Positions 1 to 12,967 of a stretch of 64,000 nucleotides of DNA are shown here, piece after piece. The stretch covers positions 16,988,001 through 17,052,000 of the forward strand of contig NC_073384.1 of NCBI RefSeq assembly GCF_028641065.1, written 5' to 3'. The stretch comes from Leucoraja erinacea (Eukaryota). The stretch's first letter is position 1; the number at the start of each line of letters is the position of its first letter. The notes beneath the pieces were generated by a model, which was not told the origin of the DNA, made no database searches, and saw only the letters and a program-made list of their open reading frames with translations. Made by a program: the position numbers and the translations under genes.

Positions 1-1012
1 ACAGGAACATCGGTAGCTCGCAGGTCCCTGGTGGGAGACAACTTTTCGGAGCTCCCGCAATGGCAACTTCTCCCGCCGGAATCGCGGGGTTTAAATGACT
101 CCAAGCAAGGCCTAACATTGCCCGGCGTGGCTTAAATGGCTGCCGGACTTACAATCGCCCGCCAGGGGCATTAAAATCATGAGCCCCAGTTGCCTCGATG
201 CTGTAGTTGGACTGCTAGACCGCGGGATAAGAATAAAGACTGATTCCTGGGATGGCAGGACTTTCATATGAGGAAAGACTGGATAGACTCAGCTTGTACA
301 CGTTGCAATTCAGAAGACTGAGGGGGGATCTTATAGAAACTTACAAAATTCTTAAGGGGTTGGACAGGCTAGATGCAGGAAGATTATTCCCGATGTTGGG
401 GAAGTCCAGAACTAGGGATCACAGTTTAAGGATAAGAGGGAAAACTTTTAGGACCGAGATGAGGAAATCATTTTTTACACAGAGGGTGGTGAATCTGTGG
501 AATTCTCTGCCACAGAAGGTAGTTGAGGCCAGTTCATTGGCTATATTTAAGAGGGAGTTAGATGTGGCCCTTGTGGCTAAAGGGATCAGTGGGTATGGAG
601 AGAAGGCAGGGATGGGATACTGAGTTGGATGATCAGCCATGATCATATCAAATGGCGGTGCAGGCTCGAAGGGCTGAATGGATTATTCCTGCGCCTATTT
701 TCTATGTTTCTAAGTAAAGGGAAGATAAGTCCGTAGAAGGGTTTCGGCCCGAAATGTTGCCTATTTCCTTCGCTCCACAGATGCTGCCGCACCCGCTGAG
801 TTTCTCCAGCAATTTTGTCTACCAAAGGAAGAGATAAGACTTTTGCCTTCCATCACAGCGAGGAGCTGTTGGAGATTCACTGTGATGGATGTTTGTGTAA
901 ATTGTGTTAAGTGTGTGTTTTTTTTTGTAATGTCATAACTTAGGAATTTCATAGGAATTAAATTTTGTTCAAACCTTGTCTGTTTGAATGACAATAAAAG
1001 ACATTCTATTCT
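1..1012 (+). mobile_element. GC-rich non-autonomous retroposon (1-240 and 826-1012) interrupted by CR1 and a Penelope fragment (731-825)
   Basis: Shares gctcccgcaa..cttctcccgcc and gccttccatcacagcg..aatgacaataaa plus a microsatellite tail with 24108-24833. Confidence 0.65.
241..711 (+). mobile_element. CR1 (HER1-type) LINE 3' fragment
   Basis: ORF2 C-terminus LSYEERLDRL..RRLRGDLIETYK..FFTQRVVNLWNSLP, 3'UTR and TTTCTATG tail. Confidence 0.9.
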
Positions 1013-1244
1013 ACAAAGCTTTAAGGGTGAGAGGGTGAAAATTTAAAGGAGCTTTACAAGGTTATTTTTTTACACAGAGTGGTTCTGCTGAAGTAAGTGG
1101 TGAAAGCAGATATGAGAGAATGTTTCAGAGGAATTCAACAGGCAGGGAATAGAGGGACACCTACAATGTGCAGGAATTGTGGTTAGTTTGGGATTAAGCA
1201 AATCCCTTGATGAGTTTGAGTCATTAAAGTACACAAGAGTTTAG

Positions 1245-1662
1245 TCACTGGAGTTTAGAAGGATGAGGGGGATCTTATAGAAACATAAAATTATAAAAGG
1301 ACTGGACAAGCTAGATGCAGGAAAAATGTTCCCAATATTGGGCGAGTCCAGAACCAGGGGCCACAGTCTTAGAATAATGGAGAGGCCATTTAAGACTGAG
1401 GTGAGAAAAAACGTTTTCACCCAGAGAGTTGTGAATTTATGGAATTCCCTGCCACAGAGGGCAGTGGAGGCCAAGTCACTGGATGGATTTAAGAGAGAGT
1501 GAGATAGAGCTCTAGAGGCTAGTGGAGTCAAGGGATGTGGGGAGAAGGCCGGCACGGGTTATTGATAGGGGATGATCAGCCATGATCACAATTAATGGAG
1601 GTGCTGATTCGAAGGGCCGAATGGCCTCCTCCTCCACCTATTTTCTATGTTTCTATGTTTCT
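1245..1662 (+). mobile_element. CR1 LINE 3' fragment
   Basis: ORF2 end homology and (TTTCTATG)n tail. Confidence 0.85.
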
Positions 1663-2692
1663 AAGAGGGAATTTAGAGTTCAAGAAGAGGACATGGGATA
1701 GCTTTGGCAGGTAAGTAAATGAGAATCCTAAGAGATTCTGTAAGTAATGGAGAGCAAAAGAGTAAAGAGTGAGAGAATATGTCCATTTAAGGAGCAATGC
1801 AGTCATCTATGCTTGGATTCTTAAGCAGTGTATGAGATCCTAAATTAATATTTCTCATTGGTACTTACTGTGGAGGAAGTCGAGGAAGCTAAGGAGTTGT
1901 GGAATAAACACTGGAAGATCCAGTAAAGTAAGTCAGTTGTTTGAGGTCAGTCGTGAGTAAAGGCAACAGTGGCATGATATAGGGATACCTAAATAATTAA
2001 TAAGTATATACCAGCTAACAATGTCACAAAATAGCCTTTTGATAAAATGCATTGATGTTGATGGATCTAAATTATATGTTGACAGATTTTCCATCAATAA
2101 ATTCCATCTTCCACAGTCTGGCCACTCAATGACTCTGTTTGTGTCTTGGTAACTTGCACCACTGCCTAATTCAGTAGTGTCTGTGAACATGGCTGAACCT
2201 CATCAGGTCACTGTCTGATCTATTGACTCAGTTTCTCTCATTTCTGTCGCAGTTTCACTGACAAATATTTTCAGAATATTGGGCTTTTCATTCAGATCTG
2301 CAGCAGCTGATTCTGCTTTTATATATAACTCTGAATTCCCCCATCAGGTTAAAAGTGCAGGTCCCTAAGGATTACCAAGGGTTGCCATTTGACACACCCT
2401 GCCAATTATGCAACCTCTCTGTCTCTTATTTTGCAAAGTTACCTCATATTTTGTGTGCTCACATATTCGGAACCTGATGAAATCATTCCAGTAAATTAAA
2501 TGGAGGTAATATCGATAAAAGTTTCATCACCATTGCTGATCATGAGGGAGAAGTTGCGGTCTTCACACCATATTACCGAGCTCCCTATCTCTTTACCTGA
2601 AGCTTGTGAAAAAGACTGTGACTGCTGACAAGTCTCACACTTCTGCTCTCTTTCCATCCTCCCAGAACAAGGATAGGGTTCCTCTTATCCTC

Positions 2693-4112
2693 ATAGAAAC
2701 ACAGAAACATAGAAAATAAGTGCAGGAGTAGGCCATTCGGCCCTTGGAGCCTGCACCGCCATTCAATATGATCATGGCTGATCATCCAACTCAGTATCCT
2801 GTACCTGCCTTCTCTCCATGATCCCTTTAGCCACAAGAGCCACATCTAACTCCCTCTTAAATATAGCCAATGAACTGGCCTCAACTACATTCTGTGGCAG
2901 AGAATTCCAGAGATTCACCACTCTCTGTGTGAAAAATGTTTTTCTCATCTCGGTCCTAAAAGATTTCCCCCTTATCCTTAAACTGTGACCCCTTGTTCTG
3001 GACTTCCCCAACATTGGGAACAATCTTCCTGCATCTAGCCTGTCCAACCCCTTAAGAATTTTGTAAGTTTCTATAAGATCCCCCCTCAATCTTCTAAATT
3101 CTAGCGAGTACAAGCCGATTCCCTCCAGTCTTTCTTCATATGAATGTCCTGACATCCCAGGAATCAGTCTGGTGAACCTTCTCTGTACTCCCTCTATGGC
3201 AAGAATGTCCTTCCTCAGATTAGGAGATTAAACTGTACGCAATACTCCAGGTGTGGTCTCACCAAGACCCTGTACAACTGCAGTAGAACCTCCCTGTTCC
3301 TATACTGAAATCCTTTTGCTATGAATGCTAACGCACCATTTGCTTTATTCACTGCCTGCTGCACCTGCATTCCTACTTTCAATGACTGGTGTACCATGAC
3401 ACCCAGGTCTCGTTGCATCTCCCCTTTTCCTAATCGGCCACCATTCAGATAACAGTCTACTTTCCTGTATTTGCCACCAAAGTGGATAACCTCACATTTA
3501 TCCATATTATCCACATCTGCCATGCATTTGCCCACTCACCCAGCCTATCCAGGTCACCTTGCAGCCTCCTAGCATCCTCCTCACAGCAAACACTGCCCTC
3601 CAGCTTCGTGTCATCCGCAAACTTGGAGATGTTGCATTTAATTCCCTCATCCAAATCATTAATATATATTGTAAAGAGCTGGGGTCCCAGCACTGAGCCT
3701 TGCGGTACCCCACTAGTCACTGCCTGCCATTCTGAAAAGGACCCGTTCACTCCTACTCTTTGCTTCCTGTACGCCAGCCAGTTCTCTATCCACATCAATA
3801 CTGAACCCCCAATGCCGTGTGCTTTAAGTTTGTATACTAACCTCTTATGTGGGACCTTGTCGAAAACCTTCTGAAAGGTCAGATATAACACATCCACTGG
3901 TTCTCCCTAATCCACGCTACTAGTTACATCCTCGAAAAATTCTATAAGATTCGTCAGACATGATTTACCTTTCGTAAATCCATGCTGACTTTGTGCAATG
4001 ATTTCACCACTTTCCAAATGTGCTGCTATCCCATCTTGAATAACTGACTCTAGCAGTTTCCCCACTACCGATGTTAGACTAACTGGTCTGTAATTCCCCG
4101 TTTTCTCTCTCC
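2693..4112 (-). mobile_element. 5'-truncated CR1 LINE with frameshifted RT
   Basis: ORFs 3457-3897 ([14 protein letters not shown]), 3215-3535 and 2772-3155; tail at 2693. Confidence 0.9.
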
Positions 4113-4384
4113 CTCTTCATCTCCCATCCCTGTCAGCCCCATATTATTAATGAGCTTTCCCATGGAGCAATTATGATGGACATTTGCTTAGAAAAGCAAG
4201 GTGTAGAATCAGTCAGGGTTGAAGCTTAGAAGCAGCAAGTTCTGCAAGTGCCCTCCATTTCTGCCAGTCATCCAATTGTGACTGTCTTAGTTTTTTCTCT
4301 CTCCATTAGCACAGCCTGTCCAGCCATCAGCAACACATATATAGACAAGAAAGCACCATCTCTTCATCACCATCACCGTCGTAC

Positions 4385-5090
4385 AATGGGATCTGGGGGT
4401 CCTTGTTCATCAGTCTATGAAAGTAAGCATGCAGGTATAGCAGGCATTGAAGAAAGCGAATGGCATGTAGGCCTTTATAACAAGAGGAGTCGTGTATAGG
4501 AGCAAATGGTCCTTCTGCAGTTGTACAGGGCCCAAGTGAGACCACACCTGGAGTATTGTGTGCAGTTTTGGTCCCCTAATTTGAGGAAGGACATTCTTGC
4601 CATTGAGGAAGGCAGCGTTGGTTTACAACGTTAATTCCCGGGATGGCGGGACTGTCACATGCTGAGACAATAGAGCGGCTGGGCTTGTACACTCTGGAGT
4701 TTAGAAGGAGTGGGGATCTTATTGAAACATATACAATTTTTAAGGGTTTGGACACGCTAGAGGCAGGAAACATGTTCCCGATTTTGGGAGAGTCTAGAAC
4801 CAGGGGCCACAGTTTCTGCCTTCTCCCCATATCCCCTGATTCTGCTATCTTTAAGAGCCCTATCTAGCTCTCTCTTGAAAGTATCCAGAAAACCGACCTC
4901 CACCACCCTCAGAGGCAGAGAATTCCACAGACTCACAAGTCTCTGTGAGAAAAAGTGTTTTCTCATCTCCATTCTAAATGACTTACCCCTTATTCTTAAA
5001 CTGTGGCCCTGGTTCTGGTCTCCCCCAACACCGGGAACATGTTTCCTGCCTCTGGCGTGTCCAAACCCTCAACAATCTTATATGTTTCAT
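4385..5090. mobile_element. Two abutting CR1 fragments in opposite orientation (4385-4814 on +, 4815-5090 on -)
   Basis: ORF2 C-terminal homology on both strands; about 90-bp overlap in element coordinates creates an inverted repeat. Confidence 0.75.
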
Positions 5091-6299
5091 AGATAAGATG
5101 AAAGCATGCAGTCTTTTTCCCAGGGGAGGGTAATCAAAAACAAGAGAGCATAAGTTTAAAGTGAGAGGGGAATAATTTAATAGGAAGTAGAAGAGCCTGT
5201 AGGTGGTGTTTTGTACATGGAACATGCTGCCAGAGGAAGTGGTTGAGTCATGTGCAATTCAACATTTATAAGGCATTTGGACAAACACATATAGGAAAGG
5301 GTCTGAGGAATGTGAGCAAACATGGGCAAATGTGACTAGGTTAGTTAGGGCATCTTGGTCAGCACAGACTGATCCTAGTTCTACATCTCTCCATATCACC
5401 ATCTATATTTCTCGTTTCCCATTCCCCACACTCTCAATCTGCAGAAGGGTCTCGACCCAAAATGGCACCTATTACTTTTCTTCAGAGATGCTGCCTGACC
5501 CATTGAGTTACTCCAGCTTTTTGTGTCTATCTTCGGTTTAAACCAGTATCTGCAGTTCCTTCCTACACGGCCCATTTCCGTGCTGTATGACTATGACTCT
5601 TTACGCTGTATGTTAAAATCTGTCAGTTTTTGTTGTCGAATACAGAATTTCTCTTCATGATCCGTCATTTCCATGATCTATTTGAAAATCTTGCCTGGGT
5701 TTGACCTTATTGAATCTGATGAATGTTAATCTGCCTGTAACTAACTAGGTTTCTCTCCCCACCCGCAGCTCTGAGCAGCTGAGTGTTCCTGGCTTTTGTG
5801 TTATTATCTTTCCTGCCTCTGCAGTCTTTTGCCTGAATCTCTTTATTTGGCCAAAATTCCTCTCTGGCCAATGTTCTCTCTCCTAATCTTATATTACTAA
5901 AAGTCTGTTCTTGACCGGTTTTGGCATTCTGTGCTGCAATTTCTGAGAGAACGCCGCCACCTACGACCATCATTTTTGGCCACCTTGCTAAGAGTCCCCC
6001 TCCGCCATATGTGTGCCAAGGATTTTTCCCGTTGATGAAAAATGACAGAGATATTAATGATTTTACAAAATTCCCCATTCTCTCTGCTGCCCCCACTGGC
6101 GGCAGGGGGAGGGACTATAAAACCAGCAAGTGGTGTGCCCCTATCAGTCTCTACAACATGGAGGTCTGAGCTCTGAATGACTGAACACATGTCTACACAG
6201 CTGTGAGTAAGTACCCTTAATTTGGTTTGAAAATAAAAATATGGCTATGGTTAGTTTGAGGAAAAAAGCACTGCCTGCAAATGGTTGTTTGGGGGGTTT

Positions 6300-6438
6300 N
6301 NNNNNNNNNNNNNNNNNNNNNNNNNNNNNNNNNNNNNNNNNNNNNNNNNNNNNNNNNNNNNNNNNNNNNNNNNNNNNNNNNNNNNNNNNNNNNNNNNNNN
6401 NNNNNNNNNNNNNNNNNNNNNNNNNNNNNNNNNNNNNN
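6300..6438. other. Assembly gap
   Basis: Run of N. Confidence 1.
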
Positions 6439-7598
6439 TCTCCCTCTCTCTCTTCCCCTCCCCCCCCCCCCCCCCCTCCTCTCCCTCTCCCCTCCCCCCT
6501 CTCCTCCTCTCCCCTCTCTCCCCCTCTTCCCTCCCCCTCCTCTCCCCCCCCTCTACTACCCCCCCGCTCCTCTACCCCCCTTATCCTCTCCCCCCCCCCC
6601 TCCCTCTCCCCCCCTCCCCTCTCCCTCCCCTCCTCTCTCCCCCCCCCTCCTCCTCACCCCCTTCTCCTCCTTCCCCCATCTCCTCTCTCCCCCCTTTCTC
6701 CTCTCCTATCTCCTCTCCCCCCCTCTCCCCCCTCTCTCTCACTCCTCTCCCCCCTCCCCCCTCCCCACCCCTCCCCTCCCCCTCCTCTCCTCCCCCTCTC
6801 CTCTTCCCCCCTCCTCTCCCCCCTCCCTACGCCCTCCTCTCCCCCCCCCCTCTACCCCCCTCCCCTCCCCCCTCCCTCCTCCTCTCCCCCCCCCTCCTCT
6901 CCCCTCTCCTCTCCTCCCCCTCCTCTCCTCCCCCCCTCCTCTCTCCCCCTCTCTCCCCCCCCTCTCCTCTCCTCTCCTCCCCCCCCTTCCCTCTCTCATC
7001 TTCTCCCCCCCCCTCCCCCCCCCCCCCCCCCACTCCCCCCCCCTCCCCTCTCTCCTCCCCTCCCCCCCCCTCCCCCCCCTCCTCTCCTCCCCCCCCCTCC
7101 CCTCCCCCCTCCTCTCCTCCCCCCCCTCTCTTCTTCCCTCCCCCTCTCCTCTTGCCCCCCTCCTCTACCCCCCTCCTCTCCCCCCCCCTCTCCTCTCCCC
7201 CTCTCCTCCCCCTCCTCTCCCCCTCCTCTCCCCCTCTCTCTCCCCTCTCTCTCCACCTCTCTTTCCCCTTTCTCTCTCCCTCCCACCTCTCTCATCCCTC
7301 TCTCTCTCTCCCCTCTTTTTCTCCCCCTCCTCCCCTCCATCCCCTCCCTCGCCCTCGCTCCCCTAAACCCCCTCCCTTCCACACCCCTCTACCCTTTCCC
7401 CTCCACCCTCCCGCCCTCCCCCCCCCCCTCCTGCCCCCCCTCCCCCCCCCTCCCCCCCCCCCCCCCCCCCCCCCCTCTCAGCACCCCCTCTCTCTCCCCC
7501 CTCACTCTCACCCTCTCCCTCTCCTCCCCTCTCTCTCTGTATCTGCCCCTCTCTCTCTCTGCCCTCACTCTCTACCCCCGCCCCCTCCCCCCCTCTCT
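6439..7598. repeat. C/T-rich low-complexity tract inside the Helitron
   Basis: About 1.1 kb of near-pure polypyrimidine next to an assembly gap. Confidence 0.95.
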
Positions 7599-7879
7599 AG
7601 GTGTGACTGCAAGTTGGGGGCTATGCGTCAGTAGATAGGGTGGTTATGGAGTAAAAGGAGCAAAATAATAATAATATTAATATAATATCAAGGGGGGTAA
7701 TTAGCGTGAGTGCAGGGGGGGGGGGGGATAGCTAGTGTGTGTGACGCTGCATGCTGCCTCCCCCCCCACAACCACACGTTGGGGGAACAGACCCAACGGG
7801 TCTGCACTTGGTCTAGTAGATTTATAAAATCTTTTGTCATTAGATTTGATATTCTTCACACTGGATTTAATGCAAACAT

Positions 7880-8555
7880 ATACTTCAGGCTATTGTTCAT
7901 TGACTGAGGCACAGCATTCAACGCCATCATCCTGTCCAAACTCAGGGATCTGGGTCTCTGCTCCACCCTATTCAACCGGTTGCTTGACTTCCCCATTGGC
8001 GGACCTCAGTCAGAATGTATTGGCAACAATATCTCCGCCTCCTTGACCATCAGCACAGGGGTACCTCAAGACTGTGTGTTCAAACCCCTGCTCTACCCTC
8101 TGTATACCCGTAACTGTGTAGCCAGACGCAGCTCCAAAACCATTTTTAAATTCTCATGTTAAAAGAGTTAAAAGCTTCATGTTCCTGGGCTTTCACATCT
8201 CTGAGTGTCCTGAGCCCAGCGCACTGGTGCAATCACAAGAATGCTCACCAATGCTTCTATTTCCTCAGAGATTTGAGGAGATTTGGCACGTTGCCCAATA
8301 CTCTATCAAACCTCCACAATTGTACAGTGGACAGGTTACTAGCTAGTTGGATGATGACCTTGTTTGAAAATTTAAATGCTCAGGAATTAAGGAGGCAGCA
8401 AAAAGCAGTGGACATTGCCCAGTTCATCATCGATACTGACCTCCACATCATCGAAGGGAACTACAGGAAGGGCTGCCTCAAGAAGACAGCTAATATGTTC
8501 AAGACACACACCATCCAGCCCAATCTCTCTTCTCACTGCTATCATCGGGAATGCT
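7880..8555 (+). mobile_element. Decayed Rex/Babar-like LINE RT fragment (duplicated, longer, at about 41030-41950 on -)
   Basis: STGVPQDCVFKPLLYPLYT and FLRDLRRFG motifs. Confidence 0.7.
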
Positions 8556-9343
8556 TTATCATCATCTAGTTTAGTTAGATAAGTTATGGCACACTTGTTG
8601 TTGCTGTTCCGACTAATTTTTATTATAGAGATACAGCGTGGAATCAACCCCTTTAGCCCACTGAGTACGCGCCAACCAGTGACCTCCCTGTACACACGAG
8701 AGACAATTTACAATTTTACCAAATCCAATTAATATACAAACGTGTATGTTTTTGGAGTGTAGGAAAAAAACCAAAGCACTCGGAGAAATCCCACATGGTC
8801 ACACAGAGAATGTACAAACTTTGTACAGATTAATGTGCCTAAAGCTAGTAAGTAAGAATTTAATTGCTCCAGTCCACTTCCGCCGCATATGAAAAATAAA
8901 TACTCTTCTCGTTATTATATATCCTTCACACATCTCATTACTTTTCATCCCTCCATTACATCTGCCTGTTTGATCTCCACTCTTTCGTGCATTTGTATCA
9001 TGCATTTCGTTTAGATATGGGTTGCAAATGTACAGGTGTTTCCTATCTTCTGACATTTCAGCCGAATAATTTGCTCAGAGATTAATCAGAACAGTCTCAG
9101 ATGACTTCTAAACCTTGATTACCAAAGCAGTGAAACAAATTGATATCCATGCTTGGTAGCAACTCCAGAGCAGTACACTTCAGTGTCCTTCTCACAGAGA
9201 ACCAAGAACACAAAACATCTCAATTTTAAACAGAAATATTCAACTGTAAAATCGTAGACACACATCACTGCAATATGTAAATTGAACTTGAAAGCAGATG
9301 AAACTAACCCAGACTGGGCCACCCATCCTGGGACTGTACTTAC

Positions 9344-9392
9344 CCACTGCACAGAGGAACAGAGTCAATGTGGAGAATATCAGTGCAGCCAT
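9344..9392 (-). CDS. Leader exon of paralogous gene A: MAALIFSTLTLFLCAV-G
   Basis: Reverse complement reads ATG GCT GCA CTG ATA TTC TCC ACA TTG ACT CTG TTC CTC TGT GCA GTG G|GTAAGT. It differs from the gene B leader at 2 of 16 residues. Confidence 0.8.
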
Positions 9393-9570
9393 GTTGTTAA
9401 ACTTGGTTTGCAAGGATTAGACTTTAGTTCATTCTGACCCGATGTTCCTGTTGCTGTTTTAGAAGTGACTGTGTCATCTTCAACTTCCCCACAAGATTGT
9501 TTTATCACAAATGCGTGGAGTGTAAAGAGGAAGTCATGGGGAAAGTGGGCAGTGGAAACCACTGAAAATT
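9393..9570 (-). promoter_or_regulatory. Putative promoter of gene A
   Basis: AAAGAGGAAGTC at 9524-9535, followed by GGGGAAAGTG and AGTGGAAAC motifs; homologous to the gene B promoter. Confidence 0.5.
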
Positions 9571-10244
9571 TACTCTCAAACTGTAGGCAGATCACCAGAG
9601 TAGTTTTCACCATTCTCTCTGGATGCATTGAATATGGTCACAGATGCAAGTTTTAGATGTTCTGAGGGTCAATCCTTATGGTCACTCCTGATGTTCATAC
9701 ACATTTTTCAGATTCAAATGTTGGAACAAAACCAAATCCTCTGATTAAATTTCGCTTTTTATTAGGAATATTGGGAAGAGCAAGTGACTGAAGTGTAAGT
9801 TGGCGAGCCTTTTGGGACCAGCGACCACAGGTCTATTAGCTTTAAAATAGTTATGGATAACCACAGGGTTGGTCCACTAGTTACAATTCTGAATTGGGGC
9901 AAGGCGACCTTTGGTATCAGATTGGAACTTGCTAAAGTTGCTTAGCATAGGCTTTTACAAGTGTGATGAAAAGTGTTCAGGGTTTGCCTATTCCTGTTGG
10001 AGTGGAAGGCAAAGCAGGTGGGAGTTAGGAAGCTTGGATGAGGAGAGAAGTTGAGGCTGTCAGGAAGAAGGAGGAGGCAAGGCCCAGGTATAGGCAGCAA
10101 AGATTGTGCATCCCTCGAGCGGTTTTGAGAACTGAGGAGCAGGATTAAGAAGGAAATCAGGAGTGAAATAAGGGGACAGGAGACACATCTGGCAGATAAT
10201 ATTAAAGAAAATTGAGTTTAAAGGTTTGAAATAACAAGGCATTG

Positions 10245-10670
10245 CAGTTGCTGGTTTATACCAAAGATAGACACAAAATACTGGAGTAACTCAGTAGGTC
10301 AGGAAGTGTCTGGAAAAAATGGATAGGTGACGTTTCAGATCGGGACCCTTCTTCAGACTGTTTGCAGGGTGGGGGCGAAAAAAAGTAGAAGAGGGGGCTG
10401 GACAATTCACAGCCGGTAACAGATGACCTCAGGCGAGTGGGTTCCCTGATAGGCAGGTTGTTGGAGAGATAGAAGCAGGTTTCAGCCCCAAAGGGAAACA
10501 TGGTTGCGAACAGTTGAAGGACTTTTGTTGTAAGGGGGGAAGGAGTGGGAAGTAAGGGGAGGGGAGAGTGTTAAGAGGGTGGGGGGAGAGAAAGTGGAGA
10601 GGGAAGGAAAGTGTTTGTAGACGTTACCTGAAGTTAGAAGTTAAAGATTTGAAAATTCAGTTGAGTTGAA
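10245..10670 (-). mobile_element. Penelope-derived pseudo-LTR fragment with hammerhead-like core at 10329-10356
   Basis: Minus strand reads CTGAAGA-A-GGGTC-CC-GATCT-GAAAC-GTC; same repeat family as 35185-36060. Confidence 0.65.
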
Positions 10671-12144
10671 ATTTTTGAAGAATTAACCAAAAAGGTTTTT
10701 GAGTGCAAAGGCATAATTGGTGGAGTTAGTTTAGCATTTTTTGTATTTCCTTGGTAAACCAGCATCTGCAGTTGCCGGTTTCTACATATGTCCATATGAA
10801 CTTCAGCATAGGATTTGATTAGGTTCTTCATGGTAAACTGCTCTGGAATTTAGATTATATGAGATCCAGGAAGAGTTAATCAACTGGATAAAAAATTGGC
10901 TTCATGGAAGGCAGCAGAGGGTGATGGTGATGGGTTGTTATCATACTGGAAGTCTATGACTTGTGGTGTGTTCCAGGGATTGGTGCTGTGCCCATTGCTG
11001 TGGTGTTTATATCAGCGATTTGGCTGAGAATGTAGAAGGCATGATTAGTGAGTTTGTAGTGACACTAAAATGGCTGATTTCATAGATAGTGAAGATAATT
11101 AATTTGTTACAGTAAGAATATTGTTAAGCGAGAAAGTGTGCAAAGGAGATGTATAAACATGTTGTCACAACTTGAAGGCCCTAACTATAACAAGAGGTTG
11201 GGCTGGCCAGGACTTTATTCCTTGGAGCCCAGGAGGCCGAGGGATTATTTTATAGAGATTTATAGGATCATGAAGGAGGATAGGTAGTGTGAATGCTCAG
11301 TCTTTTACCCATAGTAGGGGAATCAGGAACCAGAGGACATAGACGAGAGAGGAAAGATTCAATAGAAAACTGAGGGGCAACGTTTTCAAACAGAGGATGG
11401 TGGATATAAGGAATGATCTGACAGAAAAGGTAGTTAAGGCAAGTACAATAACTGCATTTAAAATGCATTTGGTCAGATACATTGATAGGAAAGTTTTAGA
11501 GAGATCTAGGGTAAGTCTGGGCCAGTGGAAGTAGTACAGATGGGACATCTTGTGGTCAACTTGGTAAATTTAGACTTCACTGAAGGACCTATTTCTGTCC
11601 TGTGTAACACTATGACTCGAGTCCAAAAGTACATTAAAGGAAAGAGGGTAACTAGTGAGAGAATAGGTTTCCTCAGACATAAATGTACTCTGCCTCAGAA
11701 TTTTATAAATGTTCCATTAGATTGCCCCTCAGCCTCGGATGCTCTAGAGAAAACAGTCCATATTTATGCAACCTCGCCAGATAACTAATGCCCAGGCAGC
11801 ATTCTAGTAAACATCTTCTACAACGTCTTCAAAGCCGCCACATCATTCCTGTAATGTGGTGACCAGAACTGCACAAACAACTCTGCCCAACCAATGTTTC
11901 ATGCTAGCTGGAACATGACTTGCCAGCTTTTACACTCAATGTCCTGGTCAATGATGCCAAGTATATGGTAGACCTTCTTTACCAGCAGTCAAGAAACCAG
12001 AAATGAACTGCAACAGTGAAACTCTTACTTACTGCAGCTTCCGACACACAGCTACAACAAGAAATAAATGCACTATCAATTATGTTATTCTAAATAAATG
12101 GGGCTATGGCTGTGCAAAGACCCACCAAATTATATGGAGCAATC

Positions 12145-12146
<2 letters not shown>

Positions 12147-12185
<39 letters not shown>
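12147..12185. repeat. (AAT)n microsatellite, tail of a retroelement 3' end
   Basis: Direct inspection; another at about 37951-37973. Confidence 0.9.
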
Positions 12186-12967
12186 TTTATTTATAGAGCA
12201 CTTTAAAAACAATCATGGTTGCAACAAAGCGCTGTACATCACTAATCATTGACAAAAAAGTTAATACACACCAATAATAACAATCAAAAGAAATAGTAGG
12301 AAAAGTATGTAAAATAAAGAAACATTAAAAACAATACAAACCGAAGCAAAGACTCAGGCATGGTCAAAAGCCAGGGAATCTACAATAATTATAGGCAGCA
12401 TGAAGTAAATGAGGTGCTTGAGGAGTATAAGGAATGTAAAAAGAACCTTAAGAAAGAAATTAGAAAAGCTAAAAGAAGATATGAGGTTGCTTTCAAGTAA
12501 GGTGAAAGTAAATCCAAAGGGTTTCTACAGCTATATTAATAGCAAAAGGATAACGAGGGATAAAATTGGTCCATTGGAGAGACAGAGTGGACAGTTATCT
12601 GCAGAGCCAAAAGAGATGGGGGAGATATTGAACAATTTTTTTTCTTCGGTATTCACCAAGGAGAAGGATATTGAATTATGTGAGGTAAGGGAAACTAGTA
12701 GAGTAGCTATGGATACTATGAGGTTCAAAGTAAAAGAAGTACCGACACTTTTGAAAAATATAAAAGTGGATAAGTCTCCAGGTCCTGACAGGATATTCCC
12801 TAGGACATTGAGGGAAGTTAGTGTAGAAATAGCCGGGGCTATGACAGAAATATTTCAAATGTCATTAGAAACGGGAATAGTCCCCGAGGATTGGCGTACT
12901 GCGCATGTTGTTCCATTGTTTAAAAAAGGTTCTAAGAGCACAACCTAGCAATTATAGACCTGTCAAA

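Larger units (their letters stand above)
5887..7816 (+). mobile_element. Non-autonomous Helitron
   Basis: 5' TC(TTATATTACTAAAA); 3' hairpin CAGACCC-AAC-GGGTCTG at 7788-7804; CTAG end at 7813-7816; inserted between A and T with no TSD. The empty site is seen in the paralog at about 41995-42015. Confidence 0.88.
5090..10750 (-). repeat. Arm A of inverted segmental duplication (partner about 37250-42560)
   Basis: Collinear reverse-complement matches: 5640-5830 vs 42070-42265, 7817-8150 vs 41675-42005, 8850-9780 vs 39300-40650, 9800-10400 vs 38520-39090, 10550-10700 vs 37300-37500. Confidence 0.9.

Noticed and set aside
4207-4240. Direct match to 43208-43241
   Set aside because: Both look like decayed CR1 endonuclease fragments and are too short to extend the duplication.
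1-5090. Search for the gene A V-J exon on the minus strand
   Set aside because: No reverse-complement FGxGT or DxAxYxC coding sequence; the region is mostly CR1.
6241-7638. Long Pro/Ser/Leu-rich ORFs in three frames
   Set aside because: Artefact of a stop-free C/T tract plus an N gap inside a Helitron.
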